In this document: in pieces, positions 10,686 to 20,967 of the stretch
How positions within the stretch are numbered: position 1 is the first letter of the stretch
Layout of the letters: every line of letters begins with the position of its first letter
From: Nemertoderma westbladi
Taxonomy: Eukaryota; Animalia; Xenacoelomorpha
Assembly: GCA_032718475.1 (NCBI GenBank)
Contig: JAUCBJ010004733.1
Location: 1 to 33,582 of the forward strand
DNA: 33,582 bases
Direction: 5' to 3'
Made by a program: the position numbers and the translations under genes
The notes under the pieces: generated by a model
Databases searched by the model: none
What the model saw: the letters and a program-made list of their open reading frames with translations, nothing else
Told to the model about the DNA's origin: nothing

Positions 10686-12220
10686 CCTTATCACCCATGA
10701 CATTTGCTAGATCATCCGCATCTTCAAGGCCAGTGTCCGTTAATACAGTAAGATGCGTCTCAATAAAGTCATGGCCATGGGCTGTCCACGATGCTTATTC
10801 ACGCCATGAGTTGCACGTGCACTGGCTGGTCCTCATGGCGAAAGCAATGTCCTGCAAAGCGGAGGCGGCTTTGTTCTAGTGTCAAGCTTGGGGCAGTGGG
10901 GGAACTATTGAGACACCTCCAGGCTCCAGCTCCAATGTCTGAATGTTATAGTGTCTGGTTGGAGATGTGTGCATTGTAGGCCTACTTGATACAGTGAAGT
11001 GAATAAACATTACACATTAACTCAATAACATAGGTCTGTCTGTAGGTTACACTTCCAACTTCTGCACTTACAGTAGTCTTATTTTTGCAATACAGCAATA
11101 CGAAAGTGCCACAGGCAACAGGTACGGATATGAATGAACTAGGGCCTATCAGCCTATACAGCTATAATTCAACTACTGCTACCGCGGTTGGCGGTATATA
11201 GTATATACCTGTATACCGCTATGGCTACCGCAAAGCCATAGGCTGATAGGGCTACCACTACCGCAAAAAGTAACTACTGTACATGTACAATCCCCTGATG
11301 CTAATCCCTGCTTATCTACTTATATTAATTAATTTGATAATTAAAATAATGTTGCATTGTAATTATGTAATATATTGTAATATGTACAGATGTATGTACA
11401 AATGTATGTACCAGTCAGCCAGTACCAGTCCATTCAGCCATTGCAGTGTAGTACCCGGTATTGATTTAAATACCGATATACACTACACTACTGCATTATG
11501 CCAGTTACAGAGTTATGCAGCGCAGCTATGTATGCTATTCCAGTATTGCAGTATTGGCTGATTGGGTCTGGGTGCTGGGTGTTGGGGCCATGACAGCATG
11601 ATGTTCTATCTCTATGATCTATTCATACTGTCATATGCTCATATGGGTACCGGCTGACCGGACCGGTACACTAGGAGTTGCACTACAGTCCAGAAGTCCA
11701 ATATTGGACTTTGGCGTCCAAAATTGGACTTGAAGTCTAAAATTGGACTTGAAGTCCAATTTTTGACTTCTCACCGACTTCCGTTCCGACTGTAGGGAGC
11801 GATTTTAACAATACAAAATGTTATGAAAGCGAGCGAGCGAAGCGAGCGAAATTTTTTTTTGTGGCAGATTCTTCTTTTCACATCTGCTCTGCACGAACTT
11901 TAAATTCGTTGAGAGCACAAGCTTTGAGAGCCCTCCTGTCGCTCAGCGCCAGGGCACTCAAATCGCGCCTGTCGCACCGCGCCAGTTCACAATATTCTGC
12001 AAATCGCGCCAGGACTCTCCGGCGCGATTTGCAGTCTTACTTCGCGCCAGTCTGCCAGTTATATTCACCTAACTGGTGTATGCATTGCAGTCGGAGGCCT
12101 AGAGTATTATTGATATTGAATATACATTGATAATTCTGCAATTGTTTAAACTTAATACAGTGATAATAATATTTGAGGCTGGCGGAGTTTGGGAGAATTC
12201 CAGATTTACAACCACCACAG

Positions 12221-12771
12221 ATGCCTCTTGCTCAGTTTCCAGATGATCCTTGGCAAAACCATGAGAAGAAACCTGAAGGTCTAGAAGGACAACCAAGTGA
12301 AGATCAAGCGATGGCTACCGAGGCGGCTGTCGATGAGCACGAAATCGAACTTATCGAGCACGTGAAGAACGGCTTCCAAAAAGCCGATCCGTCCCAATTC
12401 GAACTGCTCAAGGTTCTAGGCCAAGGATCTTTTGGGAAGGTGTTTTTGGTGAGAAAGATAACTGACACCGATAGCGGAACGTTGTACGCAATGAAAGTTC
12501 TAAAGAAAGCAACGCTGAAAGTACGGGATCGGATTCGGACCAAAATGGAGCGGAATATATTAGCCGATGTTCAGCACCCTTTTATTGTTCGACTGCATTA
12601 CGCTTTCCAAACTGAAGGTAAACTTTACCTTATTCTAGACTTCCTCCGTGGGGGTGATTTGTTCACTCGATTATCCAAGGAGGTTATGTTTACTGAAGAA
12701 GACGTTAAGTTTTATCTATCCGAGTTGGCGTTGGCATTGGATCATCTTCATTCGTTGGGAATTATTTACAG
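12221..12771 (+). CDS. RPS6KA: p90 ribosomal S6 kinase (RSK), coding exon 1
   Basis: Starts [12 protein letters not shown] (cf. vertebrate RSK MPLAQLADPWQ). N-terminal kinase motifs [40 protein letters not shown], ...GIIYR. Donor AG|GTTAGG at 12772, phase 2. Confidence 0.95.
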
Positions 12772-13502
12772 GTTAGGCCTAGATCCTTAGAGAGCTACCG
12801 GTTGCCGGTAGGGTAATATGATGCAAGTCAAAGTAGAGCTGATCAGGTCTACCTTTAGCTTTTATAGAGTTTACAATATACTGGTTCAGTTGTTCGTTTG
12901 GAGATACAAAAAAGTGCGGTTTCAGGGTTATATAAGAAGTACCGGTAATGCAATTTACGTGTGGTCCTTGATACAGAAACATAGTACCTAGGCAGGGAGT
13001 GAAGTGTAGTGTACCGTAATAATTGCTCTGGAATGTAAAGAGCTTGTGTTATGTGTAGTGTGTCTGTCTGTATCTTTATAATGGGTGTATGATGTAGGTT
13101 GAGCGCAAGGTCAGGTACTCACTCTCCTTATCCTTTTCTTTAATAGGCTGACACTGAAACTGTCTCCTGCAACGACATGACAAGTCCCACCCCATTATCT
13201 CAATACATCTTTTACTTTCGCTTTCAGATTTTTAATCTTTTAAAGAAATGTCGCCGAAAATACAAGTAACATAACAGCCACAGCGCACATTTGTTGGTAT
13301 AGGTGGATAATTTGGATATATTTATTGAATTAATATTGATTAATATTTCTTCATTGAGCATAATTTATTGAGATAGATTCAATAATTTGTACTAACGGTA
13401 TATATATACTCTAGATTAATACATTAATGGAAGTGAACCTACAATGTAACAAAACCATTATTACATTTTATATTAGCAATTTTACGTATTTTTATATTTT
13501 AG

Positions 13503-14740
13503 AGATTTAAAACCGGAGAATATATTACTTGATTCAGATGGGCATATCAAACTGACGGATTTCGGACTGAGCAAAGAGTCTATAAGCGACAACAACCCAA
13601 AAACATACAGTTTCTGCGGCACCGTGGAGTACATGGCGCCGGAAGTTGTGAATCGCAAGGGCCATTCCCAGGCGGCGGACTGGTGGAGTTACGGCGTGCT
13701 AATGTACGAGATGCTAACGGGGTCGCTGCCCTTCCAAGGCCCGAATCGTAAGGACACGATGGGACTTATACTCAAAGCGAAACTCGGTATGCCCCAGTTC
13801 CTGAGCGCAGAAGCGCAAAGTTTGTTGCGCTGTTTGTTTAAAAGGAATCCGGCGAACCGTCTCGGTTGCGGCGCCGGGGGGATCGAGGAACTCAAGAGAC
13901 ATCCTTTCTTCGAGACGATCGCTTGGGATCGACTCTTCCGTGGCGAAGTGACGCCGCCCTTCCGACCGTCGGTGTGTCGCGCCGAGGACACCTTCTACTT
14001 CGACCGGGAGTTCACGGCGCAGACCCCCAAGGACAGCCCCGGCATTCCCCCCAGCGCAACCGCCCATCTCCTCTTCAAGGGTTTCAGCTTCGTCGCTCCT
14101 TTAGTTCTCGCCGACGAGGAGATGCCCCCCGCGGTGCCCCCTCGCAGCGGCGGCCCCCCCAAGTCGCTGGACGCGCAACTCCTACAGAACGGGTTGGCCC
14201 CCGCGCGATACTTCCTCGACGACTACCAACTGAAGGAAGTCATCGGGAAGGGTTCGTACAGCGTCTGTCGCCACTGCGTCCACAAGGCGACCCAGCAGGA
14301 ATACGCCGTCAAGATGATAGACAAGTCGAGACGGGACCCCACAGAGGAGGTCGACATAGTGCTGAGGTACGGCGACCACCCCAATATAGTCAAAGTGCGG
14401 GATATTTACGACGACGGGAAAATCGTATACATGGTGATGGAGTTGATGCGGGGCGGCGAGCTGTTGGATAGGATCATCCGGCACAGACATCTGTCGGAAC
14501 GGGAGGCCGCCGAGATCATGTTCGTTATCATAAAGGTTGTCATGTTTCTCCACGAGGGCGGCGTCTGTCATCGCGATTTGAAACCGAGTAACATTATGTT
14601 CGCGGACGAGTCCGGCTCGCCTTCCTCCATTCGTATCTGCGATTTCGGGTTCGCTAAACAACTCCGCGCCGATAACGGTTTGCTTATGACGCCCTGCTAT
14701 ACCGCAAACTTTGTTGCGCCTGAGGTTCTTAAGAGACAAG
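13503..14740 (+). CDS. RPS6KA: RSK coding exon 2 (rest of N-terminal kinase domain, linker, most of C-terminal kinase domain)
   Basis: Acceptor ttttAG at 13501-13502 restores R-DLKPEN, DFG and YSFCGT. Turn motif TPKDSP, hydrophobic motif FKGFSF, C-terminal domain [26 protein letters not shown]. Donor G|GTGAGT at 14741, phase 1. Confidence 0.96.
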
Positions 14741-16076
14741 GTGAGTTTATTCGGCTGTGGGAACGGCACATCGATTAGGCCTATCATTCATTATTATTAC
14801 CGTTGGGCTCCGATTAGCGAAATCGGCAATGACCACTATGTTGGATATGTTGGATAGAACAGGTGACTTCCAGGTTGGCTGGCTTTACCATTACTTTAGG
14901 GGCTCAGATAAGAGGTTAACCTAGAAATACTTACTGATATCTTTAATTTCCGCATTCTACGTTACCATGATGGCCTATTGCCACTCAACAGTCAATGCTA
15001 ATCATCTACAGCCGCTATACGCTCAATCCAAAGTAGTTAGCCGTCTTATTGATTCACATTCATGGATTATCATTTATGGATAAAAAATGAGGGGCAAATT
15101 TGCCTTGAAAATACCATTTTGCACATTTGCACCTTATTTTTCAATGTGCAGTGCTGCATATGCATTATGCATGGCAGCAGGAGGGATGTTCATTCTTACT
15201 CCTTCTTATTTTCCTTCCGGTTTTTTAAGAATTTATATTTCCCACATCTTTTCCACGTATAAGAGATGTAGTTCCGTGTTGCGTAGGTGTGGCAGCGGTA
15301 TATTGTAATTATGCTACTAACGCACAATCGCGTAAATAATTCAAGATGTATAAGGTAACACGGTGTGTGGGAGGGAAGTTGTGTTCTACAGATAAGGGAG
15401 AGGGGTGTATTAACAATTGCAATTGGATATGTACGCCACATGTAAAAGTAGTGATTGGGATAATTAACTATTCCTTAAAGTAAATGAGTCCTTGTCAGAG
15501 TTGCATCTTAGTAAGAGAGTGGCCGGATGTACGGGATTGGTTATACAGCTAATATAATGATGATTACCTCTGTTGTTCATCGAACAGTGACACAGGTAGA
15601 TGATTAGCTAAGATGAAAGAATAGTATATTATATTAATCGCGTAACTGTTAATATTACGTTGATTTTAATAAATCTACTCGCGACAGGAAGGGGTAAATA
15701 ACTTTGAGCGAGAGCGTTGGTTGGGGGGGGGGGGGGGGGGGGGGGGGGCTGGGCTGGGGATTACATGGATGGTGAACCGTATATTTTCTATTGTCCCAAT
15801 AGCATAGCATAATATGTGTGTGCTATAGAGATTCCCATAGGTGCAGTGTGAGTGGCTATATGGGTGTACTGTACCCCACGCATTCATTCCGCTTCCTCCG
15901 CACTTTATTTCCATAATAGTGAACATTATTAGGTGTTACCTAGAAGAATTCCCGTAGCATACAATGTGCTACCGGAACTGGCTAAAATATTACATTAAAT
16001 AAATTGGAGATGAGCTGTTGCAAATGTAATTAAAGGTGTAATATTATGGTTTTGTTCATTAGGTGGGAGTTTGAAT

Positions 16077-16183
16077 GTCAGGGGCTAGTGGCTGAACTGG
16101 TTAACGCTACTGATGAGGCCTGATAGGCTGAAACGTACGTATAGCGCTGGTTCAACCCCCGGTGACGCGCTTTCCCATTTTTT
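16077..16183 (+). promoter_or_regulatory. tRNA-like internal Pol III promoter (A box, B box) with T6 terminator, framing the hammerhead
   Basis: A box TGGCTGAACTGG 16089-16100; B box GGTTCAACCCC 16149-16159; GTCA-GGGG/CCCC-GG-TGAC closing pairing; TTTTTT at 16178-16183. Confidence 0.7.
16105..16146 (+). ncRNA. Type I hammerhead ribozyme (minimal palindromic stem III)
   Basis: Stem I CGCUA/UAGCG; core CUGAUGA 16110-16116; stem II GGCCU-GAU-AGGCU; GAAA 16130-16133; stem III within the palindrome ACGUACGU; cleavage triplet GUA with predicted cut after 16141. Confidence 0.88.
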
Positions 16184-16480
16184 CCACTTCTGAACAAAAC
16201 CATAATATTACACCTTTAAAATATTACTCGCACAAGTTAACCTGAAACATAAATACCGGTACGTCATTAGTGCTGCGGTTACCATAACGCGGTCTTGACG
16301 GTACTCTACATCACTTACTCAGTCCATCTTTCATCCTCCAGTCCCTCATGCTCCACGTCATCCTACTCCATACTCGTGTCCATTCATACGGGATACTGCA
16401 CTATGATACAGTTTTCTAATTTCATTGCTCGTTATTGCTATTTTAAGCTGATGTAACGAACTATTATTGATGATTTTTAG

Positions 16481-16953
16481 GATACGATAAAACCTGCGAT
16501 ATTTGGAGTCTCGGCGTGTTGCTGTACACAATGTTATCCGGTAGGACGCCATTCGCCATGTCCAACAGTGACACACCGGAGGACGTCCTAGCGCGGATTG
16601 GAACCGGACACATCCGGTTGTCCGGGGACAACTGGGATTACGTTACCGACAGCGTCAAGTACCTCATATCGAACATGTTGTACGTGGACCCGGCCAGACG
16701 CTGGACGGCTGCCCAGATACTCAACAATACCTGGTTACAGAACCGACACCAACTCCCCGTGCAACAACTCAGTCTGGATCGGGACCTGTCCCAGGTGCGA
16801 CACGACGTGGCCACCACCTTCCGTGCTATGAAGCACGAGGCGGGGACGACGCCGGCCCTGGCCCCCATTACTGCGAGTCATTTAGCGCAACGACGGAAAG
16901 AGAAAAAGGTATCCATGGAAATAGATGCGGATATTCAGGCTCGCATTAAATGA
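16481..16953 (+). CDS. RPS6KA: RSK coding exon 3 (end of C-terminal kinase domain, ERK docking site, stop)
   Basis: Acceptor tttttAG at 16479-16480 gives G-YDKTCDIWSLGVLLYTML. ERK-docking LAQRR; TGA at 16951-16953. The three exons sum to 2262 nt = 753 aa + stop. Confidence 0.95.
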
Positions 16954-18113
16954 GGCTGTTATTATTGTCTTATGTTACTTAAAACTCAGGCTGCTGGAAA
17001 AATAATGGAATTAGGGTCACTTATTTACTTTCTATTAAAATATAATATAATTCCTTTTCCAGTACGGCAAATATAATATTCAGGAATGGAAAAACTCAGA
17101 TGCTCTTTTCGGAGCACAGAGATTCAACTTTAGTCATCATCGGGTAAGTTTTGAGATGACGTCACAGGAAAGTAAAGTATATTATCACGTCATATTTTGA
17201 TACAAGTTGCTTTATGGGTTATTGTGTTCTAAATTGTTATTTTTTGGTACGGTTGCTTTATTTTGTTTATTTGAACAAATGTCTTTATAAACTTTATTGT
17301 CCAAGTTACCATGTTTGGTAAGTATTATGTATTTGAACCCGAAGAACGTGGACGCTCAGGTAGGAGCTGTTGGTAGTCAGTCACCATCGACTTGGTGTCT
17401 GCTGTCTGTCTGGATAATTATGAGACCCGTTCTGGTCTTATTGGATTGGTCAGCGGAAGATTTATTTAACTCTTTTATGGGTCTGGTTTCTCTGCAGTTG
17501 CAAGACATAAAAACACAGCAAAATATTTACCATTTTTACTATTAACTTGGTGTAATAATATTACTAACATGGTGAGCAATAAGCATTAAATATTTTAATT
17601 TTCTTAAATTCTAACATTCAGAGATACTAATTGGGATTTTTGGTGCTATAAGTTAATACGTACGGTGTTTTCTTTACTTCCATTACCACTACATCGTCAT
17701 TTACACTAAACGCGCACATATTGGCTAATTGGCTATTGCAACTACAACTATTTGTGTTTTGAATGTGGATTGTGTTCGAGGGATTCCAAAATTTAACACT
17801 TTTTAAAATGATTTTTTTTTATGTGATCCAAGTGAGTTAAACTTTTCCGTATTGTTAATTAGGGGAGACTGAGAATTTCCTACAAAGTATCACCGAAAGA
17901 TAAAGGCGTAAATATTGTGACACTCTTTACCAGAACTAATGTGACTAATGACGTGATCTATGAACTCATTTAATATCATGATGATATTCAATGATCAATA
18001 GTACATAACATTTATAACGATGAACTATGTAGTATTAATATATACCACTATAGTATGTATTTTATATCTATATGCCAATAATTACTGTACTTTGTGTATG
18101 TATATACTGAGAC

Positions 18114-18378
18114 GGGGGGGGGGGGGGGTGCTTGATGTAAATCCCATCTCTTCGAATTAATATCTTGTCTTGATAAATTAACCACGTCAATTATCAGATA
18201 AGGGAAATGACCAGGTTTTAGTGGCACGTTATTCGAACCAAAACAATAAACTATCATCAATAGAGCAGGTTACAGTTTTATTTTGTATGGAGTGTATTGA
18301 GCAGTTTTTTGCGTCGATTTTCCCCTGAAAGGGGATACATTTTGATTGGCAGGAATCCCCCCCCCCCCCCCCCCCGCC
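18114..18378. mobile_element. Copy of a dispersed ~240-bp MITE-like family, bounded by G-run and C-run
   Basis: Shares gcacgttatt..aaccaaaacaataaac, caggttacag and tgcgtcgatttt with 25928-26144 and 28865-29073. Confidence 0.6.
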
Positions 18379-18854
18379 CTATCTGTTATACCTATACCAA
18401 TGCAATATGCAGTTTGTTTATATGTATAAATATGTTGCATATGGAACTATAATACCAATAATCGGTTCATAGTGTTTATTATTTATTCCAAATTCTAACA
18501 TTATCTATATTATCCGTGTTTTTACAGCGCTTTGTTATAATTAATAGAACATTCCAGATCTGCGCGATTAAACGGAATAAAACTGATTTATTTTCTTAAC
18601 CAGGCACTACATGGTTGAACCCGAGAAACAATACAAATAATATATATCGGCTACAGCTTATAGTTACCCATACCGGTACACGTACATCACTGGTATCGTT
18701 GACTGTGGATACTGGAATCCGTTTTGTGCTGATAACATTTGTTTTTAATTCATTGTCATACTCTGGATTAATATTTAATTCCACGATTTCAAAAAACGTA
18801 GTTCTCATGTGCAGTATTATAGTTTGGTAATGTTAGAATTTTTGAATAAAACTT

Positions 18855-18967
18855 CATACATACATACATACATACATACATACATACATACATACATACA
18901 TACATACATACATACATACATACATACATACATACATACATACATACATACATACATACATACATAC
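18855..18967. repeat. (CATA)n microsatellite, about 28 units
   Basis: Perfect tetranucleotide run. Confidence 0.98.
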
Positions 18968-19829
18968 TTGCTGCGATGTAATTGACAGACCCTTGTATCT
19001 TTATTTTCAGGCATTCACTGCAGCACAATAAACAACAAATAAACGACCGTATTGTTACCCGATAAAGTTGATTATAATAATAATTAGTAAAGTAGTTATA
19101 ATTAATTAGATATTAATTTTCCTTTGGGATGGAATAAATCATTATCTGGTGTCGATGGTATTTTTTTACCATTTTTATTTGGACATTATGCGTTTGTTTG
19201 GTAAGTCCGTGTAAATGGAGCTTTAAAGATAAATTCAGCGGATTTTTTACGCACAACAATAAATTTAATACAAATCCACAAAGAGTCAATACGTAGCGGC
19301 AATTTCAAATGCACCGGAATACCGGTACCGATAACTGCAAGAATTTTCGAAATTACGAGGTCACTTTTTTTCTTCAATTTATACTTTTTCGGCCGAAAGG
19401 CAGCGCATCAGAACCGCAGTAACTATGGGGGCAATATAGTAAAATACTGCAGTTCAATTTATTTTGTAACACTATTTCATTCTACCTTTTATTAAAGAAT
19501 TGGGCAACAAAAAAGTACCAATTTAAGAATAAAATTACGTATTACATGGAAACAAACCGTATAACATTGTTTTTCTTTCAATATTCTCTCGACCCTTTAT
19601 TAACCTTGAGTCTGGAGCTCTGTATGTAAAATACCTCGAGATTAGTGTAAAAAGTTATACTTTTTTCCCCAAGTAATAAGTAATTATTTATTGGGTATAC
19701 TGTTAGTTATTGGTACTATGTATGTATGGTATATGAATATATTTTAGCATTATATATTTATTCAATGAAATTATAAGAAGTTTGGCGTAATACAAGTCAA
19801 ATAAATGATACAGAACGAAATTATATGAT

Positions 19830-20661
19830 AGGATCGAAAGAGTGATTGGTGTTCCAGAATAATTATATTAACTGTATAATAAGCTGCACGTTATTCAATG
19901 GTCAGTGTACACTGACTGACCAGTCACTAATTAATTGCTACATCTCGGAGACTATAACCATTACAGACCATAAGTCGCATACTATTTTTAAATTTATCAA
20001 AAGTGTCAGATAATCTGATAATATATTAAGGTTTTAACTGATGCAAAAATTATAAAATTCCACTGCAAGGAAATATAATGTGTTTTTGCTTTTTTATGTG
20101 TAATTTTTTATTTTTTTTAGTCTAAAAACCACAATTAGTTTAAAATAAATATCAGCTGTGAAATTTTTTTGGGAACAATGGTTTTTGAGGTCGACTGCGC
20201 ACTGGAAATTTGTGCGTAATCCCTGACCTAGTGGCCGAAGAAAATTTACTTTTTTTTACTTTACTTTTAGAAACAAAAACGGGCAAAATTGTGACTAAAG
20301 TGACACAAAAATGATTCGTTATTAAACTATTGTGGTTTTTAAACTAAAACAAATAAATAAATTACACCTAAAATTAATAGGGTAATCACAATTTTATTTT
20401 GTGAAAAATCTCCTCTAACACTAGTGAAAATCATTACAATTTCCTTGCAGCAGAAGTATATAATTTTTTTTGCATCACTTACTTGAATATATTTGGTAAT
20501 TTATGATACATTTAAAAATTACATGCTACTTCCATTTAACCGAATAAAATAAATTAATGTCATACTGGTCAGTATATATTTTATTACTTTCCCAATGAAT
20601 CATAGCTTATTGCAAAATTAATTATAATATTCTAGAACGTCACTAATTCGTTCCTTATCCT
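19830..20661. mobile_element. Old foldback/MITE element with ~330-bp degenerate inverted arms
   Basis: Paired blocks: tgatgcaaaaa/tttttgcatca, ctgcaaggaaat/atttccttgcag, aaaaaccacaat/attgtggttttt, tgaccagt/actggtca, aataagct/agcttatt. Confidence 0.65.
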
Positions 20662-20967
20662 CCCCTACTCCACCTTTTATTTTGCCTGTATTGTGCCAAT
20701 TTGTTTAGAATTTTCAGCAATAAATATATGTTACACCACAAATATTGTTAATTAATTACCTTTGGGGACTTTGGATATCTATATACCGGTAGCCAAAGTC
20801 CCTCACAAAAAACTTTGGGCACTTTTGTCATTTTTGTCACAATTTTTCACTATGCTACTCCACTTGAATACAATTTATTTGGCTCGGATGAATTGAATGC
20901 TCCTTTTGCCTAGATTGACTTTATTCTAGGCTTTACTGCTAATTGAAAATTATTATGATTAATCTCT

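Larger units (their letters stand above)
8660..11792 (-). mobile_element. Partial inverted sibling copy 'B' of the same element, interrupted by copy A
   Basis: 11694-11779 is the reverse complement of A's left end (8766-8850). About 11000-11690 mirrors A's 8860-9268. The RTE piece 10691-10998 plus 8660-8764 mirrors A's 9268-9695. B's second end was not found. Confidence 0.75.
16034..16215. mobile_element. 182-bp MITE with 25-bp perfect TIRs and TTAA target duplication (Kolobok-like termini)
   Basis: AGGTGTAATATTATGGTTTTGTTCA at 16034-16058 and its exact reverse complement at 16191-16215. TTAA at 16030-16033 and 16216-16219. Confidence 0.85.

Noticed and set aside
12173-12220. N-terminal extension of RSK from the ORF-track start
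   Set aside because: Non-ATG start; RSK similarity begins at ATG 12221. An upstream exon spliced to a nearby CAG cannot be excluded.
13689-14787. Long overlapping ORFs (13866-14471 +, 14182-14787 -, 13714-14067 -)
   Set aside because: Shadows of the GC-rich RSK exon 2; no independent motifs.
16077-16170. Functional tRNA gene
   Set aside because: A and B boxes are present but there is no proper anticodon arm or 7-bp acceptor stem; the centre is a hammerhead.
18789-19028. ORFs encoding (MYVC)n
   Set aside because: Translation of the (CATA)n microsatellite.
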